A model generated the notes under the pieces. The model saw nothing but the letters and a program-made list of their open reading frames with translations. It was not told the origin of the DNA and did not search any database. Both the position numbers and the translations under genes were made by a program. Below, one piece after another: positions 38,270-49,600 of a stretch of 64,000 nucleotides of DNA; positions within the stretch are counted from its first letter, which is position 1; every line of letters begins with the position of its first letter. The stretch is from an uncultured candidate division Zixibacteria bacterium (GTDB lineage Bacteria; Zixibacteria; MSB-5A5; UBA10806; 4484-95): the NCBI GenBank assembly GCA_963668625.2, contig CAXXKA010000006.1, forward strand, positions 832,001-896,000, given 5' to 3'.

Positions 38270-38872
38270 ATGCCGAACGATAACACAAATCAAGACAAAA
38301 AACAGCGGTTCGAGAAGCTTTTCTTGCCGTTGATGGATAATTTGTATAATCTGGCTATGCGAATGACCCGTAATCAGGGGGATGCCGAGGATTTGGTTCA
38401 AGAGGCATACTTAAAAGCTTACAGGTTTTTTGACCATTTTCAGGAAGGCACCAACGCGAAAGCCTGGATAATTACGATTTTAACCAATACTTTCCGTACT
38501 AAATACCGTAAAACCCAGAAAGAACCCGATCAGGTTGATTTCGATGCGGTAGAAAATTTCTTTCTAGTAGACCAGATGAAACCGGCTATTTATCCGGCGA
38601 ATAAGTCCGAGGCCAGGGATAGTAATGAGATCACCGACATACTAAAAGCTTATGTGTCGGATGATGTTATTAAGGCTTTGGAGAATATCCCGGAACAATT
38701 CCGTATGGCGGTGTTGTTATCAGATGTTGAACGATTCAATTACCAAGAGATTGCCGATATCATCGGAGCGAACGTAGGTACCGTAAAATCGAGGATTTTC
38801 AGGGGGCGTAGACTATTACAAAAACAGCTCTACGAATTAGCCAAAGAGCGGGGGATAGTCGGGAAGCAATAA
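38270..38872 (+). CDS. ECF sigma factor (SigH/SigR-like)
   Basis: DAEDLVQEAYLKAY, FQEGTNAKAW, GTVKSRIFRGR. Confidence 0.93.
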   Translation: MPNDNTNQDKKQRFEKLFLPLMDNLYNLAMRMTRNQGDAEDLVQEAYLKAYRFFDHFQEGTNAKAWIITILTNTFRTKYRKTQKEPDQVDFDAVENFFLVDQMKPAIYPANKSEARDSNEITDILKAYVSDDVIKALENIPEQFRMAVLLSDVERFNYQEIADIIGANVGTVKSRIFRGRRLLQKQLYELAKERGIVGKQ

Positions 38873-39111
38873 TGATAAAGTGTGAAGAGGTCCTCAAGCA
38901 CCTTTACGAGTATATCGATAAGCAGCTTGATGAGGGGACCCATGACAAGATTGAAGAGCATCTGAAATACTGCAAACATTGCTGCAGACATCACGATTTC
39001 GAAATCGAACTTCGTAATTTGGTTGTCCGCAGTTGTTTTCAGAAAAAAGCCCCGGATGTTTTAAAAGCGAAAATCAACGGGCTTTTAGATGATATTGATC
39101 GTCAAAAGTAG
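38872..39111 (+). CDS. soluble zinc-binding (ZAS/zf-HC2) anti-sigma factor, RsrA/RshA-like
   Basis: CEEVLKHLYEYID...HLKYCKHC (Hx3Cx2C); no TM; coupled to the sigma gene. Confidence 0.88.
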   Translation: MIKCEEVLKHLYEYIDKQLDEGTHDKIEEHLKYCKHCCRHHDFEIELRNLVVRSCFQKKAPDVLKAKINGLLDDIDRQK

Positions 39112-39144
39112 CCCGCTTTATTAAAATAACATCCGCCCCAGTTA

Positions 39145-39177
39145 ACGCCGGCTTAATCAAGCGGCGTATTTTTATTT
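39145..39177 (+). terminator. Rho-independent terminator
   Basis: ACGCCGGCTT-aatc-AAGCGGCGT followed by a T-rich tail. Confidence 0.55.
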
Positions 39178-39345
39178 CTAGATCATAAAGTATTTTATAC
39201 GAATTGATTTAATTACTATCGCTAACTGAGTAGCTTGATAGCTGAATTCAATATGCATGTCAATCTCGTGAAAACGGGAATCTGTTTTTTAATTATTTGA
39301 TCCGCACGATAGCATTGTCAACAAGCCCTTGGTTCCAAAGTGCTG

Positions 39346-39452
39346 GGATTGTTGAAAAAGTTCTTATTAAAGCTTGAGGTGTTAGGAATCATTTCCTGAC
39401 ACCTGATTTAAGGATTCCCAGCGACTCGCGTTGATAGCTTTTTCAATAATCC
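39346..39452. mobile_element. MITE-like element related to 13880-13998
   Basis: GGATTGTTGAAAAAG...CTTTTTCAATAATCC terminal IR and shared internal GTTAGGAATCxTTTCCTGAC. Confidence 0.6.
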
Positions 39453-39474
39453 TTTGCTTGGGGTTACAAGCTGA

Positions 39475-39954
39475 TCAAAACCGATCATCCGATTTATGCT
39501 TTTTAGATTTCACCGCGTTGCTCTCCAGCCAGCCAGTTTTGATATCCTCAGCATTATCAAACTGCGGTACGTACGGCTTGATATCAAGTATCGGCGTACC
39601 ATCTATGATATCGACATTCTCTATGTGAAGAGTATTGCCCTCGATAGCTGTTAGTTTCACCACCGATATGCCGATAGGGTTAGGCCTTCTTGGCGCACGA
39701 GTAGCAAACAGCCCGCGTTCGGTATCATCGAGAAACGGCGTGACCTTGAGCGAGTAGCCCTCCGACAGATGGAAATGGTAGATCAGTATGATATGCGAGA
39801 AACCATCGAGATCAGCTAACGCCTCGGCGTATTCGGGGTTGATATCCACGCTGCCTTTGATGCCATCCGCACCCGAGGGTTGAATGGGCATGCCCTCGCG
39901 GTTTTTATGCGGTGAGTGTATGGTGCCGATGGGAGTGAAGATGATTTTGTTCAT
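39475..39954 (-). CDS. tsaA: tRNA (t6A37)-methyltransferase TrmO/TsaA
   Basis: FTPIGTIHSP, GLFATRAPRRPNPIG, DGTPILDIKPY; ATG 39954 preferred. Confidence 0.9.
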   Translation of the reverse strand: MNKIIFTPIGTIHSPHKNREGMPIQPSGADGIKGSVDINPEYAEALADLDGFSHIILIYHFHLSEGYSLKVTPFLDDTERGLFATRAPRRPNPIGISVVKLTAIEGNTLHIENVDIIDGTPILDIKPYVPQFDNAEDIKTGWLESNAVKSKKHKSDDRF

Positions 39955-40122
39955 AAGTGTATTATATTTTTGTTCATGATGTAATAACAAGTGATTTATT
40001 ACAGCTCCGTAGGCAAGGTTGACCTTACACACCGCCGCAAATATAAACCAGGTTAATTCCACACTATCGCTATGGATGAACCTGGTCTATAATATGCTTA
40101 CTTAGCCCATAAAATCTAAATC

Positions 40123-40222
40123 GAAACAGAGTTCCTCGAACACGAGCATTACCAAACAGAGTTTGGTAACGAGAAAAGACTACTTCAATTAAACAATCCC
40201 ACCTCACAGTAGCTGAGGTAGG
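40123..40222. repeat. REP-like palindromes
   Basis: TTACCAAAC-aga-GTTTGGTAA and CCCACCTCA...TGAGGTAGG, similar to the elements at 13.6 and 15.6 kb. Confidence 0.55.
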
Positions 40223-40362
40223 CTACCCGGCTGACACCTGGATTCGTGCAGAATGTCGCCGGGAAAGGATGAACAAAGGACTTCGTCCGCCCAGCGACTC
40301 GTGCAAACAACTTTATCAACAACACTAAAACGGGAATCTCATTTCATCGCCAATAAGCTATT

Positions 40363-41730
40363 CTACAGCTCCGCCATCTCAATCGTAAAATGCCTGAGCA
40401 CCGGCGCTTGCCACTTGATTTTCAGCGGCTTGACCAGGCTCTTGTTATCGCGAATCTTGGCGAATACATTAACGACATATTTCAAATGCGCCATCGAGTA
40501 AACCCGTCTCGGGATAGCCAGCCTTACCAGCTCCATCTCCGGGAATTTCTCGGTGCCATCGGGCTGCATACCAAGCATTATGCCGCCTATCTCCACGCTG
40601 CGCACGCCGCCCTCGGCATATAATGCCGCCGAAAGCGCCCAACCGGGGTAGTGTTCGCGTTTCATTTCCGGTAGAAGCGATTTGGCATCCACGAAAATAG
40701 CGTGACCACCCGGAGGGGATACGATTGGCACACCGGCCTCAACCAGCATATCGCCGAATTGCTTTGTCTGGGTTATGCGGTAGTGAAGGTAATCCTCATC
40801 GAGCGCCTCCTCCAAACCACGGGCTACAGCTTCGAGATCACGTCCGGCCATACCGCCATAGGTGCGGAATCCCTCGATCAGGATAAGCATGTTGGTGATA
40901 CTGGCGGCTAAATCATCATTATTGGTAGCAAAGAAACCGCCGATATTAGCCAGACCGTCTTTCTTGGCCGACATTGTGCAACCATCGGCATAGCTAAACA
41001 TCTCCTGCGCGATTTCTTTGATAGTCTTGTTCTCGTAACCTTTTTCACGTTGCTTGATGAAATAACAATTTTCGGCATACCGGCAGGCATCGAGTATCAT
41101 CGGGATACCGTGCTTATGCAGAAGCTCGCTGTAAGCTTTGATATTCGCCATCGCAACAGGCTGACCGCCGCCGGCATTGTTGGTAACCGTGAGCATACCC
41201 AGCGGAATATGTTTCGCGCCTTGTTTTTTTATCAAGTCCTCGACCTTATCTAGATTGATGTTGCCTTTAAACGGGTAGTCCGAGGCGGGATCTTTGCCCT
41301 CATCGATGACCAGGTCAAGTGCGGTCGCTTTCTGATGTTCGACATTGGCTCGGGTGGTATCGAAATGCGTATTCGAGGGGACGAAATCCTCATTGCCGAG
41401 CACGCTGGTGAAAAGCAGGTTTTCGGCAACTCGTCCCTGATGCGCCGGGATTACGTGTTTGAACCCGGTGATATCGCGAATGGTATTCTCGAAATTGAAA
41501 TAGTTATTACAGCCGGCGTAAGACTCATCACCGGTCATCAGGCCGGCCCACTGATTATCGCTCATGGCTGAGGTGCCGGAATCGGTAAGCAGGTCGATAA
41601 AGATATCGGCGGCTTTTATCTTGAATACATTGTAATGTGCCTGTTGGAGCTTCTTGAGGCGTTCATCGCGAGGGAGAAGCTTGATTCGTTCAACTGTCTT
41701 GGTCTTGTATGGTTCGGGGATGAATTCCAT
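40363..41730 (-). CDS. tnaA: tryptophanase (beta-eliminating lyase family; tyrosine phenol-lyase not excluded)
   Basis: IDLLTDSGT, GDESYAG, HQGR, PLP lysine motif MSAKKDG, RLAIPRRVY, LRHF. Confidence 0.85.
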   Translation of the reverse strand: MEFIPEPYKTKTVERIKLLPRDERLKKLQQAHYNVFKIKAADIFIDLLTDSGTSAMSDNQWAGLMTGDESYAGCNNYFNFENTIRDITGFKHVIPAHQGRVAENLLFTSVLGNEDFVPSNTHFDTTRANVEHQKATALDLVIDEGKDPASDYPFKGNINLDKVEDLIKKQGAKHIPLGMLTVTNNAGGGQPVAMANIKAYSELLHKHGIPMILDACRYAENCYFIKQREKGYENKTIKEIAQEMFSYADGCTMSAKKDGLANIGGFFATNNDDLAASITNMLILIEGFRTYGGMAGRDLEAVARGLEEALDEDYLHYRITQTKQFGDMLVEAGVPIVSPPGGHAIFVDAKSLLPEMKREHYPGWALSAALYAEGGVRSVEIGGIMLGMQPDGTEKFPEMELVRLAIPRRVYSMAHLKYVVNVFAKIRDNKSLVKPLKIKWQAPVLRHFTIEMAEL

Positions 41731-42142
41731 TATCTACTCTCCTGAGTATCATGCTAAAAATTAAAAATACGCCCAGGAATACGAATGTGAATACGAAGCT
41801 CTGGGCGAGCCAGAAATATATGTAATGATCCATCGGTCCGGAGAAAATCGAGCCGATGAAATCCGGTATCTCAATGGTGGCGTTTGCCGAAAGCGGTTGA
41901 AGCCGCTCGGCAGGCGAGGCCAGCGCTATAGGGATATTGCCCAGCACGAAATGAAGCGCCGAATAGCCGAGAGCCAGTTTGATTATTCGCCCGTTTACGA
42001 ATTGTTTGCCTAATATGATAAATGAGAACAAGATAATAGTCATCGCCGAAAGGATGGAGAATACCGACATGCCCATGCCGAGTCCCATGAATACCAGTTC
42101 GATTATCCCTGCCAGGCAGAATAAGATGATGTAGCGAGTCAA
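41690..42142 (-). CDS. hypothetical membrane protein
   Basis: 150-aa hydrophobic ORF in the same-strand run; GGAGG RBS. Confidence 0.6.
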   Translation of the reverse strand: MTRYIILFCLAGIIELVFMGLGMGMSVFSILSAMTIILFSFIILGKQFVNGRIIKLALGYSALHFVLGNIPIALASPAERLQPLSANATIEIPDFIGSIFSGPMDHYIYFWLAQSFVFTFVFLGVFLIFSMILRRVDNGIHPRTIQDQDS

Positions 42143-42158
42143 GTTTATCCTCCGAGAA

Positions 42159-43187
42159 TCATTTTCCGTTCAACGAGTTATTTATCTTTTTGAGTTCGAA
42201 ATTAGGTTTCAAATAACCGACTTCCTTATCTCTCCAATTGTATATGATCTCATGATGGTATTGTTTCAGGCTGTCGATCTCCGAACTCGTAACAATACCC
42301 AGTTGTCTCAATATATCAAGGCTGAATGGGGCTATTCCACGTTTGGCGCCATCGGTTATCTTGGCGGCCATACCCCAGCCCCTCTCGAACATGCCCACGC
42401 AATGTAATCCCTCAGCGCCGCCTTTGGCAATCAGTTTTTCCTTGCAGGTCAACATTAAATCCGTATCGTAGCGCCCCTCGCCGGCTACCATCCCGGGATG
42501 ATCCAGCATCGCTTGAGCTATGTTGCCATAGGTCTTTGCCTTATCTCGAGACACGGAGTGTGGAGTTACCAGGTGCGCGAAACCTAAAGCCATATTATAA
42601 AGAGGCATGGCCTGAACCGGAACCGAGCAACCATCAATACCAATACCTATTTTCTCCTTTGGATAATCGCATATTTTGGCGATCTCATCCAAAATTATTT
42701 GCTGCACCGGGTGCGAGGGTTCGAGGTAATTTTCAATCGGCAAGTTTTTGAATACGCATAACGCCAGCATGCCGGCATGTTTGCCGGAGCAGTTATGATG
42801 CAGCTGATTGAATTCGATACCCGGTTCCGGTTTGATATTATTAGCCGTATAATAATGAGGTATATGAATACCGCATTTAAGATCGGATTCGCTCAAGCCG
42901 ATTTTATCTAATATATTTTGCACCACTTTAGCATGATGATCCCGGCCATTATGTGAACCGGAGATTATAGCTATTTCTTCATTGCTGAATTTAAATCGAT
43001 GCGCTGCCCCGGATTCGATTATCGGGATTACCTGAAACGGTTTGGCTGAGGACCTCAAATATGTTATTGTCTGTGGATCACCGAATTGATATAGAATCTT
43101 GCCCTCAGCGCTAACAACTACACAGTGACCGCAATGCGATGATTCGATTATATCTCCTCGGTACACCTCGACTACTTTATTAAACAA
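42159..43187 (-). CDS. L-asparaginase II (Rhizobium AnsA-type) family
   Basis: RSSAKPFQ, SHNG, NCSGKHAGML, DGCS, KGGAEG. Confidence 0.9.
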   Translation of the reverse strand: MFNKVVEVYRGDIIESSHCGHCVVVSAEGKILYQFGDPQTITYLRSSAKPFQVIPIIESGAAHRFKFSNEEIAIISGSHNGRDHHAKVVQNILDKIGLSESDLKCGIHIPHYYTANNIKPEPGIEFNQLHHNCSGKHAGMLALCVFKNLPIENYLEPSHPVQQIILDEIAKICDYPKEKIGIGIDGCSVPVQAMPLYNMALGFAHLVTPHSVSRDKAKTYGNIAQAMLDHPGMVAGEGRYDTDLMLTCKEKLIAKGGAEGLHCVGMFERGWGMAAKITDGAKRGIAPFSLDILRQLGIVTSSEIDSLKQYHHEIIYNWRDKEVGYLKPNFELKKINNSLNGK

Positions 43188-44054
43188 CTATACTCCTAAA
43201 TCTTTTAATATTTCGGGAATATCCATAAATGTTTTGCAGTGATGTGCGCCGGCCTCGGTTAGAGCCGCGACCTTGCTTTGTGCCGTCCCCACATTACCCT
43301 CGACTATTGCGCCGGCATGTCCCATACGTTTACCGGGGGGCGCCGAAAGCCCACCGATCAAGAATAACACCGGTTTTGACATCCTGGAGATTTGCTCGGT
43401 AGCTCGTTCCTCGTACACTCCACCTATCTCGCCGCAGAGTACCACAGCTCTGGTCTCCTCATCTTTATCGAAAATCCGTAATATCTCATCGAAAGTCGAG
43501 CCCAATACCGGGTCACCTCCCAGTCCGACACAGGTCGTCTCGCCATAACCGGTGCGGGTGAGTGTATCGGCTACGTAATAAGTAATCGATCCCGAGCGCG
43601 ATACGGTGCCGACTTTGCCGCGTTTGAAAGCGATATCCGGGATTATCCCCACATTAGCCTGGCCGGGGGAGATGATACCGGCGGTATTACCGCCTATCAC
43701 TGTAGTACCGTGCTCCAGGGCGGCCTTGCGGACATACATCATATCGGCGATGGGGATATGCTCGGGGACTACCACTACGAACGGTATACCGGCGTAAATC
43801 GATTCCAGGGCGGCGTTCCTCGCGAATTTAGCAGGCAGGAATATCACCGAGACATCCGCGCCGGTTGAGGCCACGCACTCATCGACAGTATCGAACACGG
43901 GCATGCCTTCCAACTCCTGTCCGCCTTTGCCGGGGGAGGTGCCGCCGACAATATTGGTGCCATAAGCTTTCATCCTTTTAGCATGGAAAGAACCGCCGCC
44001 GCCGGTTATTCCCTGCACCATTACTTTTGAGTTTTTATCTATCAGTATTGCCAT
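43188..44054 (-). CDS. sucD: succinyl-CoA synthetase alpha subunit
   Basis: VQGITG, SRSG, GGDP, GEIGG, phospho-His motif MGHAGA. Confidence 0.9.
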   Translation of the reverse strand: MAILIDKNSKVMVQGITGGGGSFHAKRMKAYGTNIVGGTSPGKGGQELEGMPVFDTVDECVASTGADVSVIFLPAKFARNAALESIYAGIPFVVVVPEHIPIADMMYVRKAALEHGTTVIGGNTAGIISPGQANVGIIPDIAFKRGKVGTVSRSGSITYYVADTLTRTGYGETTCVGLGGDPVLGSTFDEILRIFDKDEETRAVVLCGEIGGVYEERATEQISRMSKPVLFLIGGLSAPPGKRMGHAGAIVEGNVGTAQSKVAALTEAGAHHCKTFMDIPEILKDLGV

Positions 44055-44066
44055 TCTTAATTTCCT

Positions 44067-44407
44067 TTATTCTAATTCTTTTAAGACATTATCAATATCT
44101 ATTTTTAGCTCAGGAACATCCTTAATAGCAATTTGCCATGCGAGTTCAAGGTCGATGCCGAAATATTTATGTATAAAACATCTCTTAAGCCGGCAATCTT
44201 CCTCCATGGTACATTTGGATAAGTTGTTTTAAAATCATCAGGCATGTTTTTAACTGCTTCGCCAATGATTTCCAGCCTTCTTATCACAGCATCTTGAATC
44301 TTATATGAAGAAAGGAATTCATCCCACGCAATATCTTTCAGATACATTCCAATTTTATTCGCGCTTTCTGCTATATGATGTAGAAATATCGTAATGTCTT
44401 TAGCCAT
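44067..44407 (-). pseudogene. HepT/DUF86 HEPN RNase toxin, frameshifted inside the Rx4H motif
   Basis: DAVIRRLEIIGEA and VPWRKIAGLRDV; a one-base frameshift near 44175 continues IHKYFGIDLELAWQIAIKDVPELK...ELE* to 44067. Confidence 0.8.
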
Positions 44408-44693
44408 AAAACACCTCTTGCTCTTTCAGTATTTTATTTATTAACAAAGGGTGTAAGTACCTGTAAGTTACGATATCAGCTTTTCGGCCTAGTATATCCT
44501 CTAATTTAAGCTTTAAACCAACCAAATCCAGAAGGTTTTTACCGGGCACGAATTCCACCAATAAACCAATGTCACCATCAGATGTCAGTTGACCCGATTC
44601 GATAGAGCCAAACAATGCAGCTTTGCTAATGCCAAGCTTAGATAAGGTATTGGATATGACTTGTTTGATTTTATCTTTCTCGGAAATTGCCAT
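44400..44693 (-). CDS. minimal nucleotidyltransferase (MNT/MntA) antitoxin with degenerate motif
   Basis: LFGS-x10-DIG (canonical DxD), LEDILGRKADIVT; overlaps hepT. Confidence 0.82.
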   Translation of the reverse strand: MAISEKDKIKQVISNTLSKLGISKAALFGSIESGQLTSDGDIGLLVEFVPGKNLLDLVGLKLKLEDILGRKADIVTYRYLHPLLINKILKEQEVFYG

Positions 44694-44696
44694 CGT

Positions 44697-45158
44697 TTAT
44701 TCCTTCTGATCGGTGTACTCGATATTCAATTCGTAATCGCCCGCAGTGATCTTAACGATATGATAAGGCGTGGTGATAACGGGAAGCATCATGCCGCCGC
44801 CACCTATATGGTTGATCACTTTCAGATAGAGGTTATCGCCCACGCGGCTAATCTCGGATATCTCCACCGAGTAGCCACTGCTGTTTTTAGTGCCCATAAA
44901 TACCGCAATGGCGTTGTATTTCTCGAAATCAATCGGCTGTAACTCCGGCATCGGTTCAACGTTACCCTGCGCCAGATGCCATATTCTGTTCCAATTCTCG
45001 GCGTTATCGACAACGAACACCGCCGAGGTATCTATCAGGCTATGCTGACCGGCCAGTACCGTCTCGAATGGTAGAGGGCCGCTTGCCGGCTTTTTCGAAA
45101 ACGCCAGGCAGCCTATTACCAGAAACACCGCAAGTATCGAAACTGATATTGTTTTCAT
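44697..45158 (-). CDS. PrcB C-terminal domain exported protein/lipoprotein
   Basis: Signal peptide; IDFEK..IAVFMGTKNSSGYSVEI...VITTPYHIVK. Confidence 0.75.
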   Translation of the reverse strand: MKTISVSILAVFLVIGCLAFSKKPASGPLPFETVLAGQHSLIDTSAVFVVDNAENWNRIWHLAQGNVEPMPELQPIDFEKYNAIAVFMGTKNSSGYSVEISEISRVGDNLYLKVINHIGGGGMMLPVITTPYHIVKITAGDYELNIEYTDQKE

Positions 45159-45159
45159 C

Positions 45160-46347
45160 TCATGCTCCTTTAGCCAGCTCTACCGCTCTCTTGGCGATCT
45201 CCTCGATCGGTTTCTCTATACCGAATGATTCGATATTCTCGAATAACTCCGGTGATTCCTTTTTCGCCTCATCGAAAATCCGTACGCCCTCCTGCCACAT
45301 GTTGCCGGTCATACGCATCACCATAGGCTTGGAAAGACCGTGTTCCTTGAGGAATTTGGTGACACCCACAGCGAAATCATCGCAACGGGATATACCTCCG
45401 AAACGAGCGCCGAATATGACTTTCACGTTCGGGTTTTCATCCAGGAGCACCAGCATCTTGGCGATTCTCTCCGGGGATGGCCCGCCGCCGGAGTCCATGA
45501 AATTGGCCGGTTTACCGCCGAAATGGGTGATGAAATCATTGCCCATTATACCGAATCCGGCGCCGCCGGGGAACATACCGATATTGCCCTCGAGATCGAG
45601 ATAAGGGATGCCCCATTCGCGAGCCTGTTTCTCACGGGGGGTAAGTTCTCCCTCCTCGTGACGTTTCTCGATGCCGCGTTCGGCCAAATCGGGGTGGCGG
45701 AATAACGAGTCATCATCAAGACTGACACGGGCATCGGCGCAAATAAGTTTTCCCTCTTTAGTCAGTACCAATGGGTTTATCTCTGCTAGTTTGCAATCAT
45801 AGGACTTATAGAAGCCGAAAAGCCTTAAAGCTATGGCGGCAAAATCGCGCAGGCTGGTCGATGGTAGCCCTATCTTTTTAGCTATACTCATAGCCTGGAA
45901 ATCGTATAACTGCTGATCGATATCGAATTCCAATTTATGAATTTTCTCGGGAGTTTTTGCCGCTACCTCCTCGATATCGACACCGCCCTCACCACAGGCT
46001 ATCAAAGTGATTTTATAGTCGGCTCGGTTGAGGGTAATACCCAGATAAATTTCCTTATTTATATTAATCGCTTTTTCCACGAGAAGCTTTTCGACCTGGT
46101 AACCTTTGATTGTCATTGCCAGTATCTGTGATGCGATATCCGCAACTTTATCAGAGCTTTCAATAAGCTTGATACCGCCTGCTTTTCCGCGCCCGCCCGT
46201 TAGCACCTGAGCTTTGAGTACCACCGGTAAGCCGAGTTTTTCCACTGCTGCTACCGCCGCCTCCGCAGTGCTAACCGGGATGGACTCCGGTAAAGGGAGT
46301 TTGTGGTCTTTATATAGCTGTTTAGCCTCATATTCGTATAACCTCAA
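45160..46347 (-). CDS. sucC: succinyl-CoA synthetase beta subunit
   Basis: LYEYEAK, KAQVLTGGRGKAGG, EINPL, GAGFG, PANFMDSGGG, GGISRCD. Confidence 0.92.
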   Translation of the reverse strand: MRLYEYEAKQLYKDHKLPLPESIPVSTAEAAVAAVEKLGLPVVLKAQVLTGGRGKAGGIKLIESSDKVADIASQILAMTIKGYQVEKLLVEKAININKEIYLGITLNRADYKITLIACGEGGVDIEEVAAKTPEKIHKLEFDIDQQLYDFQAMSIAKKIGLPSTSLRDFAAIALRLFGFYKSYDCKLAEINPLVLTKEGKLICADARVSLDDDSLFRHPDLAERGIEKRHEEGELTPREKQAREWGIPYLDLEGNIGMFPGGAGFGIMGNDFITHFGGKPANFMDSGGGPSPERIAKMLVLLDENPNVKVIFGARFGGISRCDDFAVGVTKFLKEHGLSKPMVMRMTGNMWQEGVRIFDEAKKESPELFENIESFGIEKPIEEIAKRAVELAKGA

Positions 46348-46656
46348 AAAGCCTCCTCGCTTAGTATGATTCTCACGATAATTATGCTAATTTTATAAAA
46401 TACTTGTGATTAAGTCAATGAAAAAGGCTGTGTTGTCTGATGTTACAAGAAGTGTATCTCTACTTATCCAGTATAGATATGTTAGTCTATAAAATTCTTG
46501 ACAGTAACTTATTAATTATTATTATATACGCATAATATATGTAGCGCGTAGTACCTGCGAATACATGTATTTTGATAGGGCCGGATGTTTTAAATCAACT
46601 AAATTAAATGGGGTAGTTGTTGAAAATGAATTACTCTAATAAGGTTAGATGTTGTT

Positions 46657-49600
46657 ATGAGTAATAAAGATAGTGAAACAAACTTAATAAATCAGTTTAA
46701 CAGGTTTATTGATAGTGTTAAGGAAATATTTCCGGCAAAGCTAATAGATCAAACAAATGCGGGAGCTTTTGCGCAGTTGTTTCATACTGTGCACACTCCT
46801 GCGTTATTGTTAAGTATCCCGGATGGCTTAGTGCTTGATGTTAATATCAGTCTATTGAATCAACTTGAATATTCCTCGGTGGAAATCGTAGGCAAAACAC
46901 TTATTGAATCTGATATATGGGGTTCGTTCGATTTGAAGAAGGAGGCCTCAGGGCAGCTCAATCAACCTGAAAGCATGAGCCTGAAACTGAAAACGAAATC
47001 GGGACGATTGCTTGAATTCAAGCTGGATGCCAGTAAAGTCGAATTAATTTCCGGAGAGGCATTCCTTTGCGTATTAGAGAGTAAAGCCAGGGATGACTCG
47101 ATACAGGATTTCGTATTGAAATTCGAAAGTATCGTCGATAACTCCGATCATGGTGTTTGCGTGGTCGTTAAGAGTAAGCATTTATACGTAAACAAACGCT
47201 TTTCCGAGATAACCGGGTTACCGCTCGAATATATATACGATGTAACTCCGGATGTCATAATAAAAGATATTTCTCATCCAGATTTTTACCAGATCGTCAT
47301 ATCGAGCTATCGTGAATTCATATCGGAAGTTACCTCGAACGGCAGCGTCGAGTTGAAAATCGTACATCCTGACGATGGTGAGAAATGGGTTGAGATTCAA
47401 GCAAGGTTGATGAATATAAACGGCGATCGGGTCATACTGATGGTACTTATAGATATAGACGAAAAGAAGAAAGCTTATGAAAAGATAAGATCCGATCAAC
47501 ATCTGTTTAAAAGTATTCTCGATACTACCCTGGATTATGTTTTCATAAAAAATGAAGAACTTCGATACACTCTCGTTAACACTCGGATGGAGAAATTGTT
47601 CGGGAAATCCTCGAGTGAACTACTGGGCAAAACCGATGTCGAACTTTTCGATAAGGAGACCGCCGCTCAAATTTCTGCAACCGATACGCTCGTGCTTAAA
47701 GGCGAGGTGATCGAAGAGGAATGCGAGAAAGTAATAAACGGTAAAGTTATAGCATTCCATATAGTCAAAACGCCTCTTTTCAACAAGGCTGGCCGGATTG
47801 TCGGACTTTATAGCGTTGCCCGCGATATTACCGAGCAACGAGATTCGAGACAGCGCCTGGAGGACTCGGAGCTGAAATTCAGGAATATAATCGAAAACAC
47901 TAAAGATACCATTCTTACCTACCAGCCGGATGGAACGATTTCGTATATAAGTCCGGGAAATAATTTCTATGGTTACGACCTGGATAAGGTGGTTGGCAGT
48001 AAGGTATTCGAATACGTATATCCTGATGATTTGAAGAAAGTGGCGGCCGGTTTCCAGGAGACTTTATTGACCGGTCGCGGTTTTACCTCGGAGTTCAGGT
48101 TGGTCGGTGGAGAAAACGACAGGATTTTCTATGTAGAGGAAAGTATTTGCGCGATACGCGAAAACGACAAAATAATTCAGCTATCCGGAGTTATTCGCGA
48201 TGTTTCCAAGCGCAAAATAGCCGAGGCCGCGCTACGCGAAAGCGAAACGAAGTATCGGCGACTGATAGAGAACATGAATGAGGGACTAGGCGCGATCAAC
48301 GAGGATGGAATAATTACTTTCGTTAATAACAGCGCCTGCAGAATGTTGGGATACACCCAGGATGAACTGGTAAACAAGTCAGTCATGGAATTGGTCGATG
48401 AGGATGACCGGAAAATCCTAACCGAGCAGTTCATGCAAAGGAAAAAAGGCGATAGGGCCAACTACGAAATCACCTGGCTCAAGAATGACGGTAGTAAAGT
48501 ACATACTATTATGTCATCCGTACCGGTATATGATCGAACGGGAGATTTCTCCGGTAGTTTCGGTATTCTGACCGATATCACGGATCGTAAGAATGCCGAA
48601 GAGGCGTTGAAGAAATCCGAAGAGAGATATCGTCAGGCGGTCGAAAATTCACCCAGCCCCATATTCACTGTCGATAAAAGAGGTTTCATTAGGACATGGA
48701 ACACGGCCTGCGCGAATGTGTTCGGTTACGATGAAACGATAATCGGCGAGTATTACGAGCTTATAATAGCTGAAAAAAGTAATTATCCGCTAATCACCGA
48801 AAAGATAAACGAGGTCTTCCAGAATAAGTATCACGCGGATATAGAGCTGAAGTTAAAAACCAGGGAAGGGCGAGTTCGGTTTATGGTTTCTCGTCTTTAT
48901 CCGCTTCTGGATGAAAAAGGCGAGGTGGAACGTTGCGTTTTCACTAATACCGATATTACGGATCGAAAAGATATCGAAAATGCCCTGCGCGAGAGCGAGA
49001 AAAGGTTCCGCGATATGGTGGAGTTGTCGCCAGAGGGTGTGTTCGAGTATGACAGTAATGGGGAAATATCTTTTGCTAATGCAGCCGCATTAAAAATATT
49101 TCATTTAACTCCCGAATTATTGGAATCCGGTTTGCGGGGTGAATCATTGATAGTGCCTGAGGAGCGGGAGCGAGCTCGAAAGAATATGTCGAGATTGCTA
49201 AATGGCGAGAAGATTGGCCCGAACGAATATCGAGTCATCCGGCCTGATGGCAGCATATTCAGGTCTGTTATTCATTCCACGCCTGTCTACAAAAACGACA
49301 AAATTGTAGGCGTACATGGAATAATCATTGATATCACGGAAAATAAAAAATCAGAGGCGGCTCTTCGTGAAAGTGAATTGTTTAATCGCGCCGTTATCGA
49401 TAAATCTCCGCTTGGAGTCTCCGTTCGTAGTAAATCGGGAAAGCTCCTGAGTTGTAACGATTCGTGGAAAAAGATATGGGGGAAAAGCGATCAAGAAGTC
49501 GAAAAGTATTTAGCCGAACCGGATCGGCCGAGCCTGGTATTCGACCGCCGCGATGATTATTTGACCCCCTGGCATAATCAACTGAGACGAGTTTATGAAG

